From positions 469,706 to 493,100 of the forward strand of contig CM119264.1 of the NCBI GenBank assembly GCA_051294375.1: 23,395 bases of DNA. Reading direction: 5' to 3'. Position 1 is the first letter of the stretch. Each line of letters starts with the position of its first letter. A program made the translations under genes and the position numbers. Positions 11,521 through 22,629 of the stretch are shown here, piece after piece. Below the pieces are notes generated by a model. It saw only the letters and a list, made by a program, of their open reading frames with translations, did no database searches and had not been told where the DNA came from. This stretch comes from Paraspadella gotoi. Lineage: Eukaryota; Animalia; Chaetognatha.

Positions 11521-14500
11521 ATGGCGGAAGATTCACTCAATTCGGAAAAAGGAGTCAAAATCTCAATCAAACCAGATTTCGCCCGCGATAAAGTCCGCAG
11601 TGAGTGTGTGATAATTCGAGGGATAAGTGTGTGATAATTCGTGTGATATGTGTGTGATAATTCGTGTGATAAATGTGTGATATTTTGTGTGATAACTGAT
11701 AAGTGTGTGATATTTCGTGTGATATGTGTTATAATTCGTGTGATAAATGTGTGTTATTTCGTGTGATAAGTGTGTGATAATTCGTGTGATATGTGTGTGA
11801 TAATNNNNNNNNNNNNNNNNNNNNNNTTCGTGTGATATGTGTTATAATTCGTGTGATAAATGTGTGATATTTCGTGTGATAAGTGTGTGATAATTCAAGT
11901 GATAAGTGTGTGATAATTCATGTGTTAAGTGTGTGATAATTCGTGTGATAATTGCGTGATATCGCTATGTTACGCGACGTAACACGGTCATGTTACATTT
12001 CCATTTCTCCAATAAAGAAAATTCGACGCCGCCTTCCGTCAAAAAGACGCCGCTAAACCTCAAGCCTCATCAGGCGCGCCTGTCGACGCCACGTGATCGC
12101 CTGACCGCCTCGTCCTCCAGCGACCTCTATTGTCGAATCTGTCACGAGGATGACGCCGCCGAGGATCTCATCGCGCCGTGCTATTGCTCAGGTTTTGGAC
12201 CGGGACGGGACGAGGGTCATTTCACTGGGGCTGTCACTAAATACTTAGCCTTAATAATCGCTATTTTGAAATAGGTGAACGGTGAATAATTTTGGGGCAA
12301 TAAATAAATAAGGGGGGTTGTATTCTTTTATAAGTGTTTTGAGGCATTTAATACTAAACCCATTTAATTTAACAAAGTAAAAGGTTAATTACGTACTGTG
12401 AAATGGCTAATTGAAAACGGGATCTTCCTGGGTTATTAATGAAGTAAAATAACCAAGTAAAATCTTCCTGGGTTATTATTACGACAGACTTATATATATA
12501 GGGCTGTGCTAAAATAGTTGACACTATCTTTAAGCGTTTAAAAAGTTTAATTTCGGTTGGGATTTAGGGATTTAATGAAAGATTTGACATTGAATATTAA
12601 GGGGATGACCGATGATATTTATTTCTCTCTAGGCACGATGGGTCTGATTCATCGCTCCTGCATGCAAAAATGGCTCAACGCTACCAACACGACGTCTTGC
12701 GAATTGTGCAAATGCAAGATTCAATTGCGGACTCGACGCAAAGGGACTTGGGAATGGATCTCTTGGCAATTGGACGAATGGGCGATCGAACGGGATCGTC
12801 ACCGTCGCCCTAACGAACTCGACACCGACGGGCGACATCTTCTGGGCGACGCCATTTGTTTCTTCTTTCTGACGCCGATGGCGCTGACGTCGGCCGCTCT
12901 CTGCGCTGATAGTGAGTGGCTGTTATATCTGCATTTGGAAAACTAGGGCAGGAAGTCATATAATCTTCTGTTTGTTTAGATGCTAGCTCTATTTATAAAA
13001 ATATAAAAAAAATATATAAAATATAAATTAAATAATTTATAATAAATTGTTTGTTATGAAGTTTTATTTCTTAAAATTTAAGAAATAAAACTTTCGTAAA
13101 ATAATAAAACTATAGTAATTTTAAAATTTTCATAGATTTAAAAAAAAGGAGAGAAGAACGATTATAATGCAAAATACCAGTAGTGCCATTCCTTGCGATG
13201 GAACTTGCTTGCTTTTTTGGCTTTCTAACTTATTTACTTAAATATAACCTGCATAAATACATATGTACATTGTACACACATTCCGACCCTCAAAACCGCT
13301 ATTAATTTTAACCCTTAACTTAATTAAACCTAAACTTAATTAAACCTCAAACCCATAAAACTTAACCCGAAGTCTCAAGTTTTCTACTGTTAAAATATAA
13401 CCAAAATTTTACAAGTCTTGGCCTTTAAATACGAAATTTAACTTAAAAGTTCGAATCAGTCAATTTTCTCTGATCAGGCGCCGTCAGTAAAAGCAACGAG
13501 CCGTGGCAGGCGGCCGGCCTGATTCTTCTCACCGTCTTTCTCACTTCGATCTATTGCATCTGGATGGCAATGGCGATCCGCTTCCATCAGATGCAATTCC
13601 GCGCTTGGCAAGAGGCCCACCTGGAACTCTTCATCGCCGCGACGCCTTATCCGCCGCAGCGGCAGCCGGGATCGCGGCTCCGCGGCGTATTCAAGTCGCA
13701 GAAGCTGCGAGTGCTGCGGGACGGGTCTTATTGCAACGGGGAAGGCGTTAGGCCTTTGCCGAGCGCGCGAGCCTCGCTTAAATTGGATTCATGTTTGGGT
13801 GAGTGGAAATGTTAGTGATGATAATTACTTTTGACTATCATTATGATACTCTTAATGCGAGTTACTGATACTGTTTCCGTTACTGTTACTGATACTGTTA
13901 CTGATACAGATACTTTAGGGAAATACGGAGGTAGATTAAGTCGTTATATTCTATCAAAGTTTCAAACATGAAAAATAAAATTAAATTAAATTTTATAAAT
14001 TATTATCTTGTACGGGGATGTAGACCTTAACCCTTAGCCTGTCAGGAGTCTAGTGAGCAAGATAAGACTAGTTAAATTGAATCGAATGGACAATTTAATA
14101 AATACATAAATAGCTAAATCAAATCATTCAAATTAATTAGGTTCGACGTCTGTCGGTTCCGACATCGCGATTTCTCCTCTGAACGAATCAGTTTTCGCCG
14201 CCGTCGCCGTCGCCGACCCGGGCGACGACAACAACAACAACAACGACAACAGCGCCACGCCCAAAACCGACGTTTCGATAGACGTCGACGCGGCAGCAGA
14301 AAAGGCGTCAGGGGATGCAGCCGTCGCTGCAGCGAACGCTGTCGCCGCCGCCGACGACGTTTTGACGAAATTCGGAGTCGTCATGGAAGATTCTGCGACC
14401 GCGGCGGCGGCGGCAGCGGCGACCGCAGCCACCCCCAAACACTTGGTCAAAGGAAGATTCATCGTCTGCAGCTCCGACGCCTCCGTCGCCGCCACGACGC

Positions 14501-14724
14501 CGCGACGCGACCTGCAGAGCCGCGCCGTTTCGACGCCGCGAGACGGAAAGATGGCGCGGGAGTTGTGGGCGTCGCCCGGCGAAGACGCCATCTCGCGCTG
14601 CGTGACGCCGATTCCGGGCGTCGCCTTTCAACGCGACGCCGTTAAGCTGGAGCGGCGTCGGGAAGCTGCTGCGGGGAAAACGCCGCTGCATCGGAAATTA
14701 TCCATCGTCCAATCGGATCTTTAA
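11521..14724 (+). CDS. MARCHF2/3: Membrane-associated RING-CH E3 ubiquitin ligase, MARCH2/3-like; exons 11521-11599, 12018-12191, 12633-12911, 13478-13798, 14141-14724 (478 aa)
   Basis: Spliced RING-CH CRICHE..LIAPCYCSGTMGLIHRSCMQKWL..SCELC; TM1 DAICFFFLTPMALTSAALC; TM2 AAGLILLTVFLTSIYCIWMAMAIRFH. These match the MARCH2/3 pattern. All four introns are GT-AG, phase 1; the joined frame (1437 nt) is open to TAA. Ends in -SDL. Exon 1 is the least certain. Confidence 0.92.
11604..11960 (+). repeat. Intronic minisatellite, ~21-23-bp unit GTGTGATAATTCGTGTGATA(A)(GT)
   Basis: Many tandem GTGTGATA(A) subunits, interrupted by an N gap, starting right at the GTGAGT donor of MARCH intron 1. Confidence 0.92.
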
Positions 14725-15074
14725 AAATCTGAATATGAATTATGAATCATGATTCAAAATAATCTGAATTAACTTTGAATTTAAGTTGGAAAGAATTGAA
14801 TGTTCGTCGAATTTCTTACTTTTTGAAATTTTTACTATTTTTTTATTATTATTTTTTGTCTTTTTTTTTAAATGTGAAATAAGCCTCATACGGTCATAGT
14901 CGTGAGTTTTTTCAATAGTTTTATTCCTTTATTATTAGTAATAGTATATAATATTAATAATAATAATTGTAATAATATTACCTATTTTTACGTCGGAACC
15001 TTTATTTTTTATACGTATATATACATATTTTACGGCATTGAAGTTTTTATACAAATATATACATATTTTTAGCG

Positions 15075-16758
15075 ATGAATCTCACTAATTACGCGACGGA
15101 ATCCGAGGGCAAGAAACCGTCAGCTCCTTTAGACGAATTGGAAAAACCAACGGCCGCGCCAACTCCACATGCAGCGCCACCTCAAACCACCCGTACGGCG
15201 CCAATCGCCGTCGCGGCACCTTTCAAGCCCGCCCCCGCTCGGCGGCCTCCGCCACCTCGATTTCTCCCGCCAGAAATTCCAAATTCGCGAATTCACGAAT
15301 CCCAATTTTATTGTTCAAATCTTCCGATGAATCAAACGAACGATAAAATCAACAGTAACAATAATAATAATAATATCATCGTTTTGCCTCAGGTTTTTCT
15401 AAATTTAAATATTTTGATGATTAATATTTTAATTTGATAAAAAAATTTAACATTCGCCGACTAGAATTTTTCTTTTCGCTTTTTATTAATAATAATGTAG
15501 AAAAATGTTATAGCTGAAAAAAAATGATAAAGTAGTTACCTAATTATTCGAACCCCAAGCCACCCATTAATTATTAATATTGATTTGTTTTATATATATT
15601 ATTGAGAGAGAAAACAATGTTTGTTCTTGTTTACAAACAAGAGTGGAAACGTGTCCGTTTAAAGAAATAAACTTCGTTTTTTGTAAACAAAAACAAACTT
15701 TGTTTTCTCTCTCAATTTAAAAACGCAACGAAACGAAAGTCCTTTCACAATGTATATTAATAATTATTACATTTAAATATATTTTAAATTAATAAAATTA
15801 ATACAACCATTACAAAAGATATTCATACAATTAACCAGCTATCTTGCTCCCTGACTTGGGACTGGCTAATTGGCGATTAAAGGACCCTTTTACTAGATAA
15901 TCAAGATTCTCTCACAGGTTATTTTATAACCTATTATCAAATATTGCATAAATGTCACAGGAATATACATATTTTTAATTGTTTTCTTTTTTAATAGTTA
16001 TTTTTGGATTTCTTCATTTTTTTATATGAATTTTTTTCTTATTGATTTTTTTTGTAGATAAGAAAAAAGGGTTGCTTTACTTTTCCCTATTTCTTATTGG
16101 CACGATTAACCTTAACAAATAATGATAAGCAAGTAGTAACGATTTTATTTTTATTTTATAAAAGTTTTGACTATTCTGTTTTCGAATTAGTATCTTTAAT
16201 CCAACGATAATATGGCGAAGTTACATTACCAAAGCAAACGTGCAAGTTATCAGTAAATTCGTTCATGTTTAATAATTAATTATTATTAATTCATACGCTT
16301 ATATTGTAAAAAAAGTATTGTCAGTTTATGAGTTTGCTTTTAACCCGTTTTAAAAACTTATTTTATTTAATTTTCTTTTATCGTAAAACCCTTCCGTTTC
16401 TGCAGCTTCAACCGGCGCTGCAACCGGCGCTGCAACCGGCCTACGGCGCCGCCCCGGGTCCGCAGATAACATCGGTTAACATCGGCGGTGTTGGCGGCGG
16501 CGGACAAGGACGCTACCGCCGCAAAGCCAATCATCTCGTCCACTGTCTCCTTTCAATTCTTTTTCCCCCTTGGATTTTCGTCTGGTTCATCGTTTGCTGT
16601 TGCTACGGTTGTCCTAACTGTTGCAGCGGGGACTGTTCAGACTGTTGCTGTCCCAAGCAATACGACGGCCCGCCCTGTCGCGGTCAAATGACTTACATAT
16701 GAGCAAAAATCTTTACTTTTTTTTTCTATCTCGCTTAGGTCCGTCTTGGGCGAGATAA
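15075..16758 (+). CDS. Pro-rich protein with one hydrophobic segment and a Cys-rich tail; exons 15075-15392, 16406-16682, 16739-16758 (or exon 2 read through to TGA at 16702); 204 aa either way
   Basis: Phase-0 CAG|GTTTTT...TTTCTGCAG joins two GC-rich ORFs. Motif NHLVHCLLSILFPPWIFVWFIVCCCYGCPNCCSGDCSDCCCP. A strong polypyrimidine tract plus TAG at 16738 supports a third exon (GPSWAR*). Acceptor TTTTTAG lies 2 nt before the ATG. Confidence 0.75.
15601..15745 (+). mobile_element. PLE-like terminal-repeat fragment: 37-bp inverted repeat around the 3' half of a hammerhead
   Basis: Arms 15601-15637/15680-15716 match at 35/37. The loop contains GAAACGTGTC^CGTTT. 15646-15742 aligns by eye with the reverse complement of 7636-7727. 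Confidence 0.7.
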
Positions 16759-17342
16759 TCGTTTATTTATTACTTCTTTGTGGCGTCATCGTTATTACGC
16801 TTTTTTATATAAATACTACTACTTATTACGATTGATTCTTGTAAAAGTGTGTAATCATAGAAAGCTAAAAATGTAGATATGGCTTTTTTATTTTAAATTA
16901 TCATGTTTAATATCGATTCAAGTACTTTTTTTAAATTTCCTTTACTTTATGCTAACTATAATATGCAAATTAGCATATAGTATTTATATGTAAGAATCCA
17001 TATGAAACATGACAATTTAAAAACCTCAATGAAGAAAAACTATATTTAAATTGTTAATTTTCTACAAATATACATTTCTATAATTTCTAATTGTAAACAA
17101 TTGTAAATTGTTTTATCTTTTTTCTTTTATTTATATGTCGCTCTCTGATTCGTTTAAAAACAAGTTAAAATCTGCAGTGGCCTGATTTCTCTCTCTTATT
17201 CTCAGTAGCTGTCTTTTCTGATTTGTCCAAATAGAGATGCATCGGCTGGACTTCTTTTTCTTTTTGTTTTTTATTTGAAAAAAATGTTGTTAGGATCGAA
17301 CATGCTTGTTATTATTTTACCATTGCAAAACTTTTTTTTTCT

Positions 17343-17845
17343 TCCCCTAGTTTTCTTTCATTTTTAATTTTTTAATCTCTCCCACATTTATTCATTCAAT
17401 TTCTTTAAGTTAATTAAATTGGTTTAATACTTTTTATTTAATACAATTTATTTATCATAATTATTTTTATATTTTAATTAAATAAATTTAAATTAATTCA
17501 TTCATTCAATTAATTTTATTCATTTAATTAATTTCATTCGATGCATTTTATTTAAATAATTTTATCCAAATCATTCTATTCAATTTATNNNNNNNNNNTC
17601 CCTTAGTTTTCTTTCATTTTTAATCTTTTAATCTTTCCCACATTTATTCATTTAATTTTTTTAAGTTAATTAAATTAGTTTAATACTTTTTACTTAATAC
17701 AATTTATTTATCATAATTTTTTATTTATTTTAATTAAATAAATTTAAATAAATTTATTCATTCAATTAATTTTATTCATTTAATTAATTTCATTAGATGC
17801 ATTTTATTTAAATCATTTTATCCAAATCATTCTATTCAATTTATT
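17343..17845 (+). repeat. ~245-bp near-identical tandem duplication on either side of a 10-N gap
   Basis: 17343-17588 and 17599-~17845 are collinear with scattered substitutions. Confidence 0.9.
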
Positions 17846-17869
17846 TTATTCCATGTCATCGTATCAATA

Positions 17870-18350
17870 TTTTATCATCACATCAATAATTGGTTATCAT
17901 CGCATAATAATTGGTTATCATTGCCTAACTGATGGGTCGGTCCTTCATTTCTATCTCTCTATGAGTAAAGTCAAAGAAAAAGTTTAAAAAATAGGCAAAA
18001 AAATATATTTTCTGAGAGGGAGCTTCTGAGCTGAAGGTGAACTAATATAATACAGAACTAATATCTCTTTCTTTGCTCCTTCTGTCATCGCTCGATGAGG
18101 AAGAAGGGGAAAGGAGGAAAAGAGGTAGAAGAGGAAGAAGAAAAGGTGTCTCGAGCGAGAATGGGGAAGAGAAATGGGGGAATCCAGTAAAATAGATTCA
18201 TCCCTCTATCTGATTGCATAAATTATTCGTTATCACATAAATAATTCATTATTATTACATATATAATCAATTACTATCGCATCAATAATTCATTATTATT
18301 GCATATATAATCAGTTACTATCACACCAATAATTCGTTATCGCATCACAT
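17870..18350 (+). repeat. Degenerate ~21-bp tandem repeats (TATCATCGCATAATAATTGGT-like) at 17870-17925 and 18210-18350
   Basis: Repeating TTATCRCAT/AATAATT units. Confidence 0.6.
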
Positions 18351-20457
18351 TTTTACCTGGATAAAAATTGAGCGATGGATAATTGTGATTTTGAGATTTT
18401 TTTTCATTAATTTTCTTTAATAGTAACGTCTGGCGAGATTACTATACTTTTAAGATTTTTTTTTTTACGAGTTTTTATCAATTTACCAACTCTTGTTTAT
18501 AAGTTTTTATGTTCTAATCGTGATATATTTATCATATTTTGAACAGCTTCTTTTAAAAATGGGACTACTGTAAATTAGCCTTAAATTAGCGGCTTAAACG
18601 AGGGAGTGGCCCGGATTCAGTGGCCAAACTAATTGACGCTTCTAATTACTTCTTCTCTTGACGTCTTCAATTAACGAGGAAGAAATTAATTTCGTCACCT
18701 TTGGGCGAAAAAAAGGTCAAAAAAAAGGGGGAAAAATGAAAATATTGAAAAAAAAAAGATAGAAAAAAAACAAACAATTCGATCGGCCAATTTTATCCTA
18801 AATTTTAAATGAAATAAGTTTTATTTTTTAGTTAAACATTAGGTTAGAGTTTAGGGTTAAGGATTAGATTACGGATTAAGTTACTTATTAGGGTTAGGAA
18901 CTTGGTTTAAGATTAGTATCAGGATTAAAGCTCTGGTTAAGTATTAGAGATTAGCATTGGAAATTAAGGATAAAGGTTTAGGGTTCAGGATTAGGATAAA
19001 GTTAAGGATTAAATTTCGGATTAAATTTCAGGATTAGTTTATAAGTTTAGGATATATATGGGTTGAATATTAAAATTTAAATCAAATTCTGGGATAATCT
19101 AACAGACATATATTACGAAACTTAGTTTTAATTTTTGTTGAATTTTTATAATGATGTTTAGTTTTCTACTTTCAATTTCGGTTCCATTTGTGCCAATAAG
19201 CATTAAATTCATTACAAAATTGGCAACTCACTATTAAACAGAATGTATAAATATTAATGTATTCTAAATAGATATTCAATTTTAATTCCTCAATCCCCAG
19301 ATCGAAATCCCCCTTCTTCGTCCCCCACCGACTCGACCGCCTCGAGGAAGCCACACTCGAGAAGCTCAACCCTCTCTTCAAGCATAACCTCCGCCTCCCA
19401 TGAAGGCCGTCGCCATCGACGCTCCGAAGGGTCGATGCGGTGGCGGTGGCGGTGTGGAGGTCGGGCGAGAGGGAGGAAGTGGTGGAGTTAGGAGTGAAAG
19501 AAGGAAGGAGGGATGGGGAGTGAGGGTGTAAAATATTGTCTCGCCTCCGGTCACTCTTTTGACTTGACCTTGAAATGACTGATTCTTTCGGCTGTCTGGT
19601 CAACCTTCATTTGGTTTCTTTTTGCCACAGTTTTGAGAAACTTATCATTCGCGAAGAACCAGTTACAAATTATAGTACGGCAGTCAGGAACCAAGTTTTC
19701 ACAGGATCCACAGATTCCACATATTGAACCACAATTTCATGATTTATTCTTTATAAAATAGAACGTTTTCGGAATTTCTACCACGTTTTCAAGATTTATT
19801 TCCACTCTCAAGATAAAAAATATCACTACCCTTTGGATACGACTGTTCCTTCCATCATCGCCGTAAGAGTGCACTCGGCTAACGCTTCATCTCCGAACCC
19901 AATGGTTCTAGCCCTGGTCGGAACAGTTCTTGCAAAAAGAGTGTCTGACTGGCTAAGCCACCGGTAGCAGTCTTACCGCCGGGTCCGCAGTTCCGGAAAG
20001 CAGGGCAACTGACGAAAAAATCTCCCAGACCCACTGGGCACACTAAGTGTGGGGCCTATCCACACTCACAGAGAGGCATGGCAACCCTCTCTCGGAAGTG
20101 GGCGTGGCCGCGTCTGACGCCGTTGCGCGTACGTCGAAGACGTCGAGTCGCGGTTTGGAAAAGTAGGTAAATTTTATTGTCAAATATATTTTTTGGCCGT
20201 TATGTAATGTAACTTCCTTAAGACTGAATAAAAATATTATTTCTTAACAGCATAAAATTATTTATTGCATATAAAACCTTCCAAAAGAGGTTCTTTAACT
20301 TTTTTTCACTCTTTTTTGATCAAGAGGAATACTCGCATTATTGTTAATATTATGTCTTTAATATAATACTTTTTATTAGATTTGAGAAGAAATTGGAAAA
20401 ACAAACTACATAATAATTATTCTAAATCTAATATTAGAAGTTCGATTAAAAAAAAGA

Positions 20458-22629
20458 TCAGAGTAACCAAATTTTCGATTCGTTTCCTTCTTCGTCAATT
20501 AACACGAGTTCTTTGCCTCGATCCTCCTCTTCCTCCTCATCCGCTGTAACGCCTTCTCGTTGTTGTTGTTGTTGTACTTCCTCCCGATCCTCGTCTTTGT
20601 TATCGAGACACAACAGCGCCTCCTCGTGATCGAAACTTCGCGAGATAAAATCCATTCAGCGCCTCAAGATTCGGCTGCGAGTTCAAGTTGTTGTTATTGT
20701 TGTTATTGTTGTTAGCGGCGTCCTCGGCGTCGTTTTTATCCCCAACGTCCTCGACGAACTGCCCCGCTCTCCACTCGACGCCGCCACTCGCCGGCGCCAT
20801 TTCCAAAAACACCGGATGTTGGCGCCAATTTCGACGCTGCTCTTTGATCTTGAATCGATGCAGTTGGAGTCGATCCTCGTCTAAGACGCGATCCGGTTTT
20901 CATTCCGATCCCGAATGCATTTGCGGAGTCTACAGGATTGACAATCGTTGTGTCTATGAAGCAAGAGTTGGAACGGCGACAGCTTTTTAGAGAAAGGGGG
21001 GGGCGTAGGTTAAGCTGATTCACAGAGCGTGAGTGGTGAAAGTCAGTTGAATTGCGCTCATATTTTTTTTTTTTTTTTTTGGTTTCGTTTTATTGTAACA
21101 TTTTATCGAAAGAGAAATGAAATTGGCTTTTTAGGCGGATCTCCTTATCAGCAGATCCCGAGTCTAAAACCCACATTGTCGGTCCGTCTGTCCGCACCCT
21201 CAAACTTATAGGTCATTCACTTATATAATATTAAAACATCGAATTATGATAAATTATGCAAATAAAATTCATGTCCGTCCAACTCCAATTACTCGTGATT
21301 TGATGGATGGATTGGAATATATGTGGGTAGGAAAGTGTGATTGAGCTGGATATAAAGTTAAAGAAAGTTAAAGAAAAAACAAAAGTCACATTTATTTGAG
21401 TTTTATTAAAGTTTCTTTCTCTGTCTCTCCCTCTCGCTCTCTCTCTTTCTCACAAATAAAATAATTAATTAGCTAATTGTTAAATTTATTGACTGAATGA
21501 TTGATTGATATATTTTTTTAATGATTTATGAAGAAATCTGTTCTGCAAGTTAGTATTATCGCAGCTACTGGTTCATTGATAGATCAATTGATTTATTAAG
21601 AAGCCTGTTATGATTTGTTATAATCTGTTAAGATCACAAATTGAAATTCAGAAAGAATTATCGTTATTTATCATCGGATTAGCTGATTACCACTTAATTA
21701 TCGTAGGCAGATCCGACATTGTTTGCTCAAACTTGCTTAATTTTTGTCGGGCAGATTAACAAATTGTGGTTCTCTCCCAAAGGTTATTTTAGTTGGAAAA
21801 AAAATTTTCTAACAGCATTACACCTGCACCCCATCAAAGCTTCCAAACCTTTCCTACATCATCCTACCCACCTGTACTCCAGCATCTTCTGCATCGAGCG
21901 ACGAAAGAATCCCTTGCATGCTTCGCACGTCAACGCCCCGTAGTGAATCCCCGACGCGTCGTCCTCACAAACGGGGCACCGCTCCTTCGGCTGCTGCAGA
22001 AGCTGCAGATATTGCTGCAGATCGTTATCCTTTGGCAGGATGCTGCGCGGGCGGAACGTTTGTGCTGTTGCGGCGGTGGCGGCGGCGTCAAGGATCGAAG
22101 CGGCGGAAGTCAGCATCGACAAATCTGCACCGATTTTGACAGCAGACGGATACGAGACGGGGGATCCGCCCGTCGGCTGCAGCTCCTGCTGCCGCTGAGG
22201 AAAGTTTTCGCCGGTCCTTAAACTTACCTGTTCCGCTTCTCTCTCCCTCACCATTCTCTCTCTCTCTCTTTCTCTTTCCGCAGCGCCCTCTATACTTCTT
22301 GTCCGCGCGCCACGTTTATGCTTCGCCACATGACGCCGAAAATCAGCGCCATCTTCGGACGCGTATTCGCATTTGACGCAAGAGAATTCGCTCTTCTTAA
22401 AATGGACGGAGAGTGTCGGCTGAGGTCGCTCGAGTAGTTGGTCGCGTAGGGGCACAACCTGCATCGAAAGGGCTTCCCGCCCGTGTGCTTCAACTGATGC
22501 TTTTTGAGATTAATTTTGCTTTCGGTGACGTAGTAGCATTGGGCGCATTTGTAACGACGGGACAGTGGGCGGTGTTGCCGATGCTGGATCGGTTCCATGT
22601 GGAAAAGGGTTCTCTTTTTTTAAGAGCGT
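20458..22629 (-). pseudogene. Frameshifted gene: 3 C2H2 zinc fingers + nuclear-receptor C4 DNA-binding domain, no LBD seen; exon block ~22629-21872, intron 21871-20983, exon 20982-~20458
   Basis: C2H2: [23 protein letters not shown](L)SVH..FSCVKC..HVAKH. NR finger 1: [28 protein letters not shown]. Phase-2 AG|GTGGGT...AAAAG|C gives YSCRRSNSCFID, then in another frame CQSCRLRKC, then IGMK. Frameshifts at ~22412, ~20947, ~20910 and probably ~22565, ~20810, ~20655. Confidence 0.85.

Noticed and set aside
11604-11960. CRISPR-like array (also 6915-7265)
   Set aside because: No unique spacers, no cas genes, eukaryotic context.
14133-14691. Antisense ORFs over MARCH exon 5
   Set aside because: GCC/GAC-rich coding DNA is naturally stop-poor on the opposite strand; no motif support.
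17343-17845. Biologically meaningful tandem duplication
   Set aside because: Copies meet at a 10-N gap, typical of uncollapsed haplotype overlap; cannot be trusted without reads.
18630-18690. TAA-to-Gln recoding suggested by three in-frame TAA
   Set aside because: The MARCH gene terminates at TAA and its exons contain no internal TAA/TAG.
18840-19040. True telomere or chromosome-fusion site
   Set aside because: Highly degenerate, short, and recurring four times in the window.
19981-20035. CTGACGA as a hammerhead core
   Set aside because: No correctly placed GAAA box or stems I/II.
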